From the NCBI RefSeq assembly GCF_004010195.1, contig NC_057749.1, positions 13,576,543-13,640,542 of the forward strand: a stretch of DNA of 64,000 bases. The letters are read 5' to 3'. Position 1 is the stretch's first letter. Each line of letters starts with the position of its first letter. The translations under genes were made by a program, and so were the position numbers. This DNA comes from Chiloscyllium plagiosum. Its lineage: Eukaryota. The notes beneath the pieces are model-generated. The model saw nothing but the letters and a program-made list of their open reading frames with translations, had not been told where the DNA came from and made no database searches. Shown in pieces: positions 34,148-46,187 of the stretch.

Positions 34148-36472
34148 GAGAAAGGTATCAGTTCTGCAATGGATCTGTTCTATAAAATGCGCTCGAGGTT
34201 TTTTTTCCCCTGATTTAGTAGCTCCTGGTTCTGAAAGGGAGCGTCTCCAGCGCTGTTTTCAACTCAATTCAAACTTCAAGCGGGAAGTATTAGGAATGAC
34301 GGGGGCGGCGAGGGGACAGATTGAAATGTATCGACTTGTCAGCTTCAGGTCTAGGATATCCAGGGAGGCTCTGCATTACTGCAGTCCGATATTGTGGGCT
34401 ACTTCGAGATGGAGAGGCCATATTCCAGCAATATTCCATTGATAAATGAGACAACAGGGGAAAAAAGATTTCAGTCACAGTCTCTTTCTTACGAGGCCAG
34501 ATGTTAACGTTTTGAAATCTGACGATTAGTTTTGTCTTTAAGAAAGAATCACCCGACAGTTTTCAGGAAGAAATCGTAGAAATCTACCTCAGGGCGATTT
34601 GAACGGGACCTGAGTATATGTGCACAGCTCCCAGGCTCGCCACATAAATTCACTAATACATGGCAGTGTGGTCAATGACAGTGAAACCTGACTTCAGTGT
34701 ATACATAGATATTAAAACACACATAGAAAACCCCAGCGACAAAATACAGACAAAAATAGTTCTATAGAATGTGAAATTAAGATCCAAATTGTGTGGCGAA
34801 TATATCCTTTATACGGTCAATCAGAAACGACAAACAGCTGAGAAGAGATTGAGAAATGAAAGTGTGATTTCCTGGAAAATATTTATCTACGTATATTCAT
34901 ACCCAGGGATATAAATTACCGAGGAGCGAGTGACAGCTCAGTGGGGTCAATGCGATACTCCAGATCTGGATCGACACAGATTCGCCCTTTAGTATCAGCT
35001 CAGAGTCATTAATATGCTGAGATTAATGAGGGGGAAGGGGAGGCGTGTGAAGGGAATAAAGGGATCCAAGTACCACACACACGGAGCAAAATTAGCAGAG
35101 GCTGCCAAGCAGTCCAGTGGGGGCTATCAGTCATATCAATAATTGTACAGCTACCAGTATGCAAGTATGTATTTATAACCAGATCTGTTCGGACAGATGT
35201 TTGCTTATGTTATTAGATAAATAGACAGACAGACAGAGACTGACAGACTTTGTACTGATTAGATCTGATTTTGATTCAGACACTCCATTTGGGAGCGAAT
35301 GTTCCATTGAATTGGATGAGAATGTTCCTGGTTGTGGAAGTAGTTGAGGTTGGGTTCTCTTGGAATGCTATGCTTGAATGAGAAGGAAGCGGGGGTCAGA
35401 TGCCCCCTTTGTGTAGATCTCACGTTCATTGAAAACAGACCTGTCTCCCAGTAAATGCCTGGTCGGACGGGAAGGGTCAAAATGAGGAACAATTCTTCTC
35501 AAACATGACACTGGATTTAATTGTTCACTTTCAATTCGGGTCTTCGATAAACGTGCAGAAAATATACTAGTATTCGAAAGGATTCCTTTGATTTGATTAA
35601 TCCCATTATTACAGCTTGAAACAGATTTGAATTTCGTGTACAACTGTGCCCGCCCGTATTTTACAATGTCACCTCCCAGTATTTAACACTCTGGGTTTTT
35701 TTATGCCTTACCTTGGGTTCTGGGGAAAGTTAATGGGACTTCAGTCTCTACACCTTGTAATCTGAAGAGCCTACGTCTTTTTTATTACTGTTGTTTAATA
35801 ACAGAAATACGATATATTATATAACGAGCTGTTTATTAAGAATTGAGGACACAGGCTTCTCAAATACCACCCGTCTACGATTGACACAGTCATGTAACTT
35901 TCAAATTAGCTGAGACATAGGACACTAATAATTCTAAACATGACAAAAATATCATACAAGCTGACACGGCGACAGAATTGCCTTGTGTTTTTGGCATATT
36001 TCAGACTGAGCGCGCCTCCGGCTACACGATTTATTGCCACTTAACAGGGAGTAAAATTCCACAAGAGAACGAATCACCTAGAATTTTTCAACCCTCCGAA
36101 TTTGAAGAGTACCAAAGTGAGATTTAATATAACTCCCCCTCCTTCCCTACTGAAATGGCAAATCCCCTTGGCCGGCCCCACACACGAGGACACTCAGGCG
36201 GATGCTCCAGCCTCTCTTCAGTGTTGGTGAATCTCTCGATAATACTTATAGAGCGATCCCACTTTTTTAGACAATGCGAGGGAGTCTTTCACCAACCAAA
36301 CTGGATACTTGATTCGATATGTCGGTCAAAGCGGGAAGCTTTTAAACGCGAGCAATCAGTTTTCAGCAGCAGGGAAATAGTCTGTGAGGAGATTTGAGGA
36401 AGGGTTTGCAAACTCTCACAGCGTGGCTCCGGGCGACGTAAACTGCTCAAACTTGGCAATGATTGTGACAGA

Positions 36473-36611
36473 GGAGAAAGTGAGGTCTGCAGATGCTGGG
36501 GATCAGAGATGGAAATGTGTTGCTGAAGAAGGGCTAATGCCCGAAACGTCGATTCTCCTGTTCCCTAGATGCTGCCTGACCTGCTGCGCTTTTCCAGCAA
36601 CACATTTCCAT
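36473..36611. mobile_element. 139-bp family A PLE insertion with inversion and 16-bp TSD
   Basis: TSD CAATGATTGTGACAGA at 36457-36472 and 36612-36627; internal inverted repeat GATGGAAATGTGTTGCTG / CAGCAACACATTTCCATC; core CTGAAGA..GAAACGTC at 36523-36550. Confidence 0.85.
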
Positions 36612-39255
36612 CAATGATTGTGACAGAAACCAGCACAAACCTAGGTCGGAGAGCACACTCCGTGATCCGCCGGGTAATTTCCTAGGCGCCGCTTTTTAAA
36701 ACCATTAACTGTTCTCCCAGATGGCGGAGTCTCGGTTTCCTTCAGCCCAATGTAACAGAGAGAGTTTGCAGGGACACGTGGGGTTTCCGGGACCGGCTGA
36801 AACAAAGTGTAAAACGCGTTCAGTTCTGTCTGTGTGAGCCCTGGCGATAATGAAGACCCGCTGTATAGAATCTCTGCGATTTGTGTAAACCTGAGCTGAC
36901 GCGCAGTCCAATTCCTCAGTAACTTGCCGCCTTCCAGCTTGCCTGTGAGCGCCTGTTTGTATCTATGAGACATTATAAAACCCACAGAAACTTTAACGCA
37001 TTTATTCCCATTCTCAAGGAGCGTCTATCAGTGACAATGTCGCCTTCAACATTTCCCCTCAATTAAAAAAGAGTGGAATTCGGGACAAATCTCCCCAGAA
37101 GTAGTAGACTGCGGAGTTTGTGCAACCAATCTATTTGACATCTTCGAATATATTGTGACAAATGATGTCTTCTCTATTTATTATAAATCTATATATTACG
37201 AGAGGGCGACAAGCAACACCCCCTTGCTAATAAACAACATATCTAAAAAGACCCTGAGAGAATTTGTGACCAACAATAAACTGTCTCGAGTATATTAGAG
37301 CGAGCAATATTTAGGGAACGGGGTGAACGGCCTGGGTATTAAATGCCCTTCTGTAGAGAGCTGCTCTGTATCAGTTTCCAATCATAGCAAAATGCTGCGG
37401 ACCTGGAGATCTCAAACAAGGACAGAAAGTGCTGGAGAAACTCAGCAGGTCTGGCATCATCAGTGGGGGGTGGGGAGGGGAAGAATTAACGTTTCGAGTC
37501 TGAATGACATGGACGAGTTGGACTGAAGAGTCTGTTTCCATGCTGTTCATCTCTATGACCCTTCACGTAAATCACGGCAGCTTCTCGCCTTGATCACAGC
37601 GGGTCAATGTCCCATATGCAATGCCAGGTTCTCACTAAAGCTGCAATATTGCATTTCGAGGGGGAGGGGATCTAAGAATAAGCTTCATTACTAAAATCTA
37701 AACATCTACTGATAATTTCTGGCAGATACTTGATTTTTTTTTAAAATGTATCAAATAATGAAAAAGGGAAACTGATAGTTTAGAACTTTGAGAACCCGAG
37801 ATCCCTCAGTTTTTGGGACACCCTCCATCAATACAACTATTTATCTATTTCTACAACTGAGTGCCTGTGTACTTGTGATCAACTCTCATCAACGTCTTTT
37901 TGATTTCCGGTGTGTTTCTCTGTGAACTCGTAAATTCCATTTTTCTGCGTGTGTGTGTGTGTGTGAGAGAGAGCTTCTGTACTTGTGACTTGGTCGTCTG
38001 TGGAGTTTGACTTGTTAAATGTAAGTCTAGACAAAGTAAAACGATTGGCGGCTTCTTATCTCTTTCTGGCATCACCTGCAAACGATACATTGAATCAGAA
38101 CCAGAACAAAACACCCTCTGTTAGCAGAGGGTGCCACCGAGCCAGCCTAGCGTGTCCTGGTTTATTTTGCTTTGAGAGAGAGAGAGAAAGGGAGATCTGC
38201 AAGTCCACCTCTTTCCTGGAAGGGGACTCTTGATGCTGATATTGACCGCCGGAGAATTTGAGAGCAGCCCATTGCCCCTGGACACGGGCTGACCCGGTCA
38301 GCCTGTCAAAGCTTCAAAGTTTGACATTTTAAACTTCAGCAATTTGTTCGCCAGGGTCAGGGCTGAGATGAGAAAGCAGGCAGTAACGAGTAAGACACCT
38401 GAACTCGGGAGATTTCTGTCATATTGCCCTTGTAACTCACCGCCTTTCTCTGGCTGGCCAGCAAACTTGCAACGAAATTCAGATCTGTACTACCAGTCAG
38501 TTAAATCCCTCCTCCAATCTCTAATTGTGTATGTGTATTTTTACAGCACACACTGTGATTGTCAGTTTCCTAAACTGGCCCGGGGTAATTCACCGCTTAA
38601 ACTTAAAGTGACTTGAAATTGACCAAAAATGCCCCTTATTCAGGTCATCTTACAAACTTACAAGACTGTTTGGTTTAATAGTATTTTGCAGAAGTTAACT
38701 GGGATACATTACCTTCTGCGTGTGGAGTAAACCACACACAGTTTAAACAAACCCTCCTAAGATAAGGCATCTATTCAAGACAAACATGTTTTAGATTGCG
38801 GCTTATCCGCTGAAAGTTCTATCCTTCGCCCGTACAGTGAACGACCGAGGCTGGTTAATGTCAATTATCCCGAATGGTGGAAAAATAAATAATTTGTGAT
38901 TACGTTTAACTAAACAGCGGATATTTGAGACTGGTGATTTTTGGAATCTCAATCTGAATATATTGTAAGTGGAGATGGCTTTACTAATCTGACGTGTTTG
39001 ACTGAAGGAATGGACAGAATTTACAATAGATTGACAGGCCATTCGGGCCCTCAGACACGCCTTCCCGCTCCCTCGTGTATTTTCCTATCTTCTACTTAAA
39101 CGCATCTTCTCAGTTGACCTTCGCTACTCTGTGTGGGATCTCCATATCCACGGGGGACGGCGGACTTGGTATCCCGTTTAATCCCGAGACGTCCTCCAAC
39201 ACCGGGATAGCCCTAGCACATGACGGGCCGAGTGAGATGCCAGATACACAGGTGT

Positions 39256-39556
39256 TTAGAGGGCATAGGTTTCGGGTGAGAGGGGAAAGACATAAAAGAC
39301 ACCTAAGGGGCAACTTTTAAACGCCAAGGGTGGTACGTGTATGGAATGAGCTGCCAGAGGAAGTGGTGAACGCTGGTACAATTGCAACATTTAAAAGGCA
39401 TCTGGAGGGGTATATGAATATGAAGGGTTTGGAGGGATATGGGCCGGGCGCTGGCAGGTGGGACTAAATTAATTTAGGATATCTGGTCGGCATGGACGGG
39501 TTGGACCGAAAGGGTCTGTTTCCGTGCTGTACATCTCTATGACTCTATTACTCTAT
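39256..39556 (+). mobile_element. CR1-type LINE 3' end
   Basis: RGHRFRVRGERHKRHLRGNF...; tail CTCTATGACTCTATTACTCTAT. Confidence 0.85.
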
Positions 39557-40344
39557 CATATATTTTTAAAAAGGCCCCCGACCAGCCACAACAGGGTCAC
39601 TGAGGAGACACTGTATTCTCGTTAGCTCGAGTTTAAGTTCAGACAAATTCAACAGATAGTCTAAAATATAGCGAGAGCTTCACATTCGCTCAGTCCCAGT
39701 CACTAACCGTTTTGAACCCGTTTCAATGGTGACGGTCCAAATTTTAAAATCAGCTCAAAACACATGGCTTCTCCGACTGCAGTTAGAGAGTGTAACCTTT
39801 GTCATGTTACTGGATACTTTAAACATTACGAAGTGCTAACTATAAACACGGCCAGAACCGGGGTTAACACGTGAACCTAATCATGTTCTGTACTTTATAT
39901 CTCGTTCTCTTCAAATAATTTCAACGCGAGTGAAAGATGAAAGCATTAACGAACATTGAAGCGAAGGCTGGTTTGGGCTGGTTTCTTTAATAGTACTCAA
40001 TTGTAATCGTGCTTCTTCCGGGATTAAATTCAGATTCATATAATATACGAATCGAATGTTAAGTGCGTGTGGGGGACCGGTTATATCAATCGAGCAGAAA
40101 TTTGCATTTGTGTAGCGCCTTTCGGGTAGTAAGATATCCCGCTGAACGCTGAATTTTCAAACAAGTGGTAAGGAGATAGCCAGACAGGAGACCAACAGAA
40201 GTCGATTTCAAGGCCCAGTTAAACACAGGAATGGTGCAGAGGGGTGAGAATTGGAGGGGTGAAAAGGCAGTGAAAACACGGCACAGTTAGAAAAGCACTG
40301 TACTTCCATGCTGCATCAAAATATATCAGTCTGTATTCCTTTGT

Positions 40345-40725
40345 AGTACACGCCGATTGCCAGCACACACGCAGCATACACACACACAGACACTCACTCA
40401 CAGCATCCACATACGTACAGAATATTCACAGTCACACACACATACACACAGCATTCACACACACAGCATGCATATACAGACAGAATATTCACATAGACAC
40501 GCACACAGCAGTAATTTACACACACGGAACATTTACACACGCACACGCAGCCAATATTCGCACACAGACCATTCACCCATACAGAAAATTTACACACGCA
40601 TAGGCAGAATATTCACACATACAACATTCACGTACAGAACTTTAACACACACAATATTCACATACATAGTATTCATTCACACACGCATAATATTCACACA
40701 GTCAGAATATTCGCGCACACCCAAA
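40345..40725. repeat. Degenerate CA-rich minisatellite
   Basis: (CA)n blocks punctuated by recurring CAGCAT and GAATATTC motifs. Confidence 0.8.
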
Positions 40726-42429
40726 CATTGGTCCTAATTTATGCTCATGTATCAGACACAGAATCCACATTTAGAGATTGTTACATTAGCAGGTACACTG
40801 GTTACACACACCCCACCAAGTGCAGGGGTGTATAGTATTGGCTCCCTTAGTAATGGAGCCCATACTGAACTATTTCACCCACCTGGATATCCAGTTTATT
40901 GGAACTTAATTACATCATAAAATCGGGAGATAAAATCACGTTCTTCAATAAGATTTCAACTCGCGACTTTTAATACTTTCTTATAACCTCACCGACGAAT
41001 TCTTGTCTCCACAGAGCAGTCTCCCGGGTTTTACTGGAGGACTCGTTACTTTGATTTGGTTTAAAGATTACATGGGAACGTGCCGAAGACAGGGTGGATG
41101 TATTTCAAAAAGGGGGAGAAAATATTGAATCGAGTGTGGAGTCAGCCCCAAAGACTTTGAAATAGTTTCCTATCTACTCTTTAACTTAGACTTAACAAAA
41201 GGTTAAATTCAAATTGCGGGAGACTGCGGGACCACACCGTAGGTTTTATTTGAAGGGAACGGTCCTCAGTGGGTTACGAAATGTGCACTCATAGGAGTCC
41301 GGGTCTAATCCAAGTACAAAGGTCAAAGCAACAAAATATGACTTAATTTGACAACAATAGTCAGTTCATACAGACCAACGTTGTCTTTTGAAACCAGACC
41401 CAGACACTAGGCTCCAATATCGCGTCCGCGCCAGGCATTAGAAACCCGCGACTGGATGGGAGGCAGAAAGTGCATTTGTGTAGCGCCGTGACGAAATCCC
41501 AAAGCGCCTTACAGCCGATCAAGTAAGCCCGAAGTGCAAACTGGAAAACTCCGGTTGGAGCACAGCAAGATCCCACAGAGAGCACGGAGGTTAAGGACAA
41601 GGTAACGTGTTCTTATGGTGATGACTGAGGGATGCTACACAACATGGGAGCGCTCAGCAAATCGCTTAGGAATTTTCACGAACTTGTTTTTGTTTGCAAA
41701 CACTCAACAGCCCAGTACAAAACAGCAGCTAGCGTCTAACATTCACGCAGCAAAATCCAACACAGATTTTTTGTTCATTACTTTATCCTAACCGTTGAGT
41801 TTTGTCAATGATAACGGTGCGATTACAACACAATTATTAACTGTGTCCCGTTTTATTCGGCTTCTCAAAATCAAACGAAACTGTCTCATTGACCAGGCGG
41901 AAGGAAGATGCTACAGCTTTCTGTCGGAATTAACCGCATGCAGGGTTCAGGGGAGACTTTCTGCAGTCACACGGACACAATGCGGTAAGGTTTCTCAGTC
42001 CCAGGGGGACGGCCGGCTGCTTGGACCATGCGCCGAAGAACCTAAGCGCGATTTCTTTTTTAAAAAAAAACCTGGTTTCGAACGACCTAACACATAAAAT
42101 AAGAGAGAACTTCCCCCGTATAAGAAAATTAAATTTACAGCAGCTGCCACTTTGTGGTAATATCCCTGGATCTTTCATGCCCAAGCTCGGGTTAATGGTC
42201 TGGGATTTGGAGGTGCCGGTGTGGAACTGGGGTGGACAAGGTTATAGTCCAACAGGATTATTTGATTTCACCTGGTGTGATGTCAATTTTGATAATGTTC
42301 CGGGACATAGATTCAAATCCCAGCGGGACCGCCCACCGAATTTTTCGTTATTCGTTCACAGGATGTGACAGCCTTACTGTTTCGGAACCGAGTGATTTGC
42401 TGAGCTATTTCAGAGAGAATTTGAGAATC

Positions 42430-42790
42430 ACATTGCTGAGGGGCTGAGTTTAGACAGGACCAGATAAGGATGGCAGATTTCCTGCGGTTTAAATCGAAAT
42501 GTTTAGCATCTGAAACATAAAGCTAGACTCAGTGATGGTGAGCAAGTCGATTATTGGAAAAACCCATCTGGTTCACTAATGCCCTTTGGGGGCTGAAATC
42601 CGCCATCCTTACCTGGTTTGGCCTCCATGTGACTCCAGACTCACACCAATGGCCTGACCCTTCTACTTGAATTGGGGGTGAGATTTAACTGGAGTTTGAA
42701 ATAACTCAGCGAGACACTGAGCTCAAGTGCAATCAGGAATATACAACAAAAGTCGTCTTGCCAGGGACACCCATATCCTGTGAAAGAATA
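42430..42790. mobile_element. SINE-like fragments (unnamed elasmobranch family)
   Basis: AAAACCCATCTGGTTCACTAATGCCC...CCATCCTTACCTGGTTTGGCCTCCATGTGACTCCAGAC. Related minus-strand copies at about 3160-3240 and 56050-56340. Confidence 0.55.
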
Positions 42791-44409
42791 ATTTTTAAAA
42801 AGTCTGTCTCGTTTTCTCGATTCCGGTCGGTCCAAATTCCAAGGCTAATGTTAAAAGTGACGCTTTAGAGAAAAGCAGGACATAACGCACGGTTAACGAT
42901 CCGACACGCCCATTGATGAGGGACAATAACAGTTGGATTAAGTGAGAAGAGAACAGATTTTAAGAAAGTCGCACAAGTGCAGAGACTATCAAAATACAAA
43001 AAAAAAGTTCAGGAATTAATATTGTTACTTTGACCATTGGAATGGTGCAGCGTAATGGACAATCGGAGCTAATCCTGGGTTGGATCCAATTCCCCGTGAT
43101 CTGCTTGTTCCAGTTTCCCGTAGAGGGGTCACAAAGAGGGGTAACATTTTGCCATTTGTATAGCGCCTTGCTCGACTTCAAGATGTCTGAAAGCGTTTTC
43201 CAGCTAAATTGAAGACCTTTGAGAAGCGTGACCAGTGATAATGTAAGGACCAGGTAAAGGAAGATTTCTATTACACGCTTCCCTCCCTCCCCCCNCCCCC
43301 CACCTCTATTTCTCTAGAAATGACGACAATGGAAAATTTGACAACATGACAGGCTTTAGAGACATCAGGAATTGTTGTAGAGGATTTAAGCCCGGATGTG
43401 TTCGAATATGCCAGGATATCCCCTGTTACACAACGCTGAACACGTTAGGCTGTTTCCCTGTGGTGGGAAATCTCCACAAATCCCCCAGCCCCAGGTAGCA
43501 CCGAGGACTCCGAATCAGAGACCTGTGCCCAAGAATGAGAAAGAAACACCCTTTAAATCTATTTTCCTGTGTTATATTTACACGCTTTCTCGCACATCAT
43601 TCAGTTTCACTTCCTGCATTCCAGTAAGTTGCTCTCCTTGAAAGCATGATGTATCCTCAAGGCTCTGCCTCCTTTAAAAAGCGGTGGAGCCCCGAAACGG
43701 TTCAGTCTTCAACTTGGAGTGGCACTTGCCAGCAATGTGACCTTCGGTAGCTGTTGGCAGCTCCCCGGGGTCTGGAGGTTTCTGGAGATGAGCTCTTCCC
43801 CATGCCCAGGTCTGGGAAAGCGGGTCTCGGCAGCTCCGAGACCAGGGTCCATCCGCTTTTATTCCTGCATCCAAAATAAATTTCGGTTCATTTATATTGA
43901 AGTTTGTATCAAAAATACTACCGAATTGCAACATACACTACTACGCAATTTTATTTGCTAGGATTTCATTAACGATGGGAGCTGGGTATTTAAAAAAAAA
44001 TTAAACCCCTTATAATTTTGACCCGTCGTTTACAAAAATGTGTTGATTTTTCCCTACTTTCTGGGTCAGTTAGGCTTAGCCAATGATGCTTGCATCTTGT
44101 GATACACACGGGAGAGGTTGTGTATTTGTCTTCAGTCTTGGAAAGCAAGACAGTTCGAGCTCCATACAAACTGTTCGTTGCTTCGCTGAAAGATTACGGC
44201 TGGATTCATTCAGATCATAACTCCGATACGTTAGAAGTTATCGCGAGTCAAACCAGAAAGCGCACAATCGGATCCGGGGAGCTGGAAGATGTTGGGCTCC
44301 AGATTCGTCAGGGAGTTCAACTGAAAAATCCAGCTGGAGCACCAACCGGCCCCTGGGCAGCCCCCGTTGGTTGAAATCCCTTTGCAAAGTCACGGGCACA
44401 AACTGCGAC

Positions 44410-44615
44410 TAAACCAGAAACTGCCGGAAAAACTCAGCGGGTCTGGCAGCATCTGTGCAGAGAAAGCAGAGTTAACGTTTTGGGTCCAGTGACCCTTCTT
44501 CAGAACTGATGTCTGTTTTCTCTCCACAGATGCCGCCAGACCTGCTGAGTTTGTAGCCTGTCCCAACCCCAGCAATTTCTGCTTTTGCTTCTGATTTCCA
44601 GCATCCGCAGATCTT
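44410..44615. mobile_element. Fold-back PLE-terminus element (family C)
   Basis: AAACTCAGCGGGTCTGGCAGCATCTGTG / CACAGATGCCGCCAGACCTGCTGAGTTT arms. Minus-strand AGTT-CTGAAGA-A-GGGTC-ACTG-GACCC-AAAA-CGTT-AACT hammerhead-like motif with G12 mutated. Relatives at about 17050, 17685, 21620, 30995, 37395, 50520 and 53318. Confidence 0.7.
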
Positions 44616-44694
44616 TCGGGTTAGACTGAGACTCCCGGCACAGATCGAGGGGAATGCCCGCATTAGCGTGCTGTGGTCTGTCTGTAACCCCCAT

Positions 44695-44920
44695 TGATTA
44701 GATTACTTAGTGTGGAAACAGGCCCTTCGGCCCAACAAGTCCACACCGACCCTCCGAAGAGCCACCCACCCAGACCTAACACTACGGTGTAATTTAGTAT
44801 GGCCAATTCACCTAACCTGCGGGAAACCGGAGCACCCGGAGAAAATGTGCAAACTCCACACAGAGGCGGGAATTGAACCCGGGTCTCTGGCGCTGTGAGG
44901 CAGCAGTGCCGCCCCACGGT
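44695..44920 (-). mobile_element. HE1/V-SINE-type SINE (internally deleted)
   Basis: Minus strand CACTGCTGCCTCACAGCGCCAGAGACCCGGGTTCAATTCCCGCCTC...GGCCGAAGGGCCTGTTTCCACACT with AATCT tail. Confidence 0.8.
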
Positions 44921-45009
44921 AAAGGTGTAAAAGAAGTGGGATAGTTTAATTTTGAGTACGGGGGAGTGATCTTGCCAATATATCACTGCTGTAAAAAACA
45001 CTTTGATGT

Positions 45010-45540
45010 GGAGGAGCCAGTGTTGGCCTGGGGTGCACAAACTTAAAAATCACAAGACACCAGGTTATAGCCCAACAGGTTTATTTGAAAATACAAGCTT
45101 TCGGAGCACTGCTCCTTCCTCAGGTAGCTAGTGGAGCAGGATCACGGGACACACAAAAGATCATAGCGTCATACACTGAAACGATATATTGAACAAACAT
45201 AGATTGCTGTTAAGACTTTCATCTTTTAGACTGGGTTGCAGGTTTTGGCTCATTAATATGTAAAACTTCTTTCAAGCCACATTCTCGAGATAATTTAAGG
45301 TTTTCTTTAAAAAGGTGACACCTCAGCTCAGACAATGTATTAAAGATGTGAGGTTAAAGTCTGTCTGTATTCCAATCTTGAGTCTGTCTGTATTCCAATC
45401 TATTTCCAAAGTAGGAATTTATAAAATGATACGTGGATTACAAAAAAAAAATTGACGGCCTACAGATTGTGTTTTTTGAACAAAATAGACTGTTTCTGCA
45501 AATACAAATCTGAAAATGCAAATTCACCACATAGCCTATC
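45010..45540 (-). mobile_element. Longer family B PLE 3' fragment with intact hammerhead motif at 45092-45126
   Basis: Minus strand TAC-CTGAGGA-A-GGAGC-AGT-GCTCC-GAAA-GCTT-GTA followed by the family B terminus AAACCTGTTGGGCTATAACCTGGTG. Left boundary is clear; right boundary is approximate. Confidence 0.7.
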
Positions 45541-46005
45541 ACAGAGTCGTACTGTGCCATAATGATCAGTGTTGGTCTCACTACTTTTCATCATTTATAT
45601 AAATGATTTGGATGTGAATATAGGAGGTGTGGTTAGTAAGTTTGCAGATGGCACCAACATAGGCGGTGTATTGGACAGTGAAGAAGATTATCGCAGAGTT
45701 TGACGGGACTTTGATCAGATGGGCCTGGGCTGAGGAGTGGCAGGTGAAGTTTAATTTAGATAAATGTAAGAAGCACTATTCTTTCCCTAGTTTCCCTTTT
45801 GCCCTGAATGTACTTACAGAATCTCTTTGGATTCTCCTTAAAACTCTATTTGCCAAAGTTGTTTCATGTTCCTTTTTTGCCTTCCTGATATCCCTCTTAA
45901 ATGTACTCCTACCTCCCTTATACTCTTCTAGGGGTTCAGTCGATCCCAGCTGTCTATACCTGATAAACGCCTTACTTTATTTATATCAGAGCCTCACTTT
46001 CTCTA

Positions 46006-46187
46006 GTTAAAAATCACACAACACCAAGTTATAGTCCAACAGGTTTAATTGGAAGCACACTAGCTTTCGGAGCGTCGCTCCGAAAGCTAGTGTGCTTCCA
46101 ATTAAACCTGTTGGACTTAAAACCTGGTGTTGTGTGATTTTTTTTTAACTTTGTACACCCCAGTCCAACACCGGCATCTCCGAATCA
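46006..46187. mobile_element. Fold-back PLE-terminus element (family B), 12-bp TSD
   Basis: Arms meet at GGAGCG-T-CGCTCC (46069-46081); TSD TCACTTTCTCTA at 45994-46005 and 46188-46199. Confidence 0.85.

Noticed and set aside
33876..34442. 188-aa ORF after Isl2
   Set aside because: It lies across the 3'UTR and polyA signal, has a non-ATG start, and shows no homology or coding-like composition.
43281..43301. C-run with an ambiguous base (n at 43295)
   Set aside because: A sequencing or assembly ambiguity in a homopolymer, not a biological feature.
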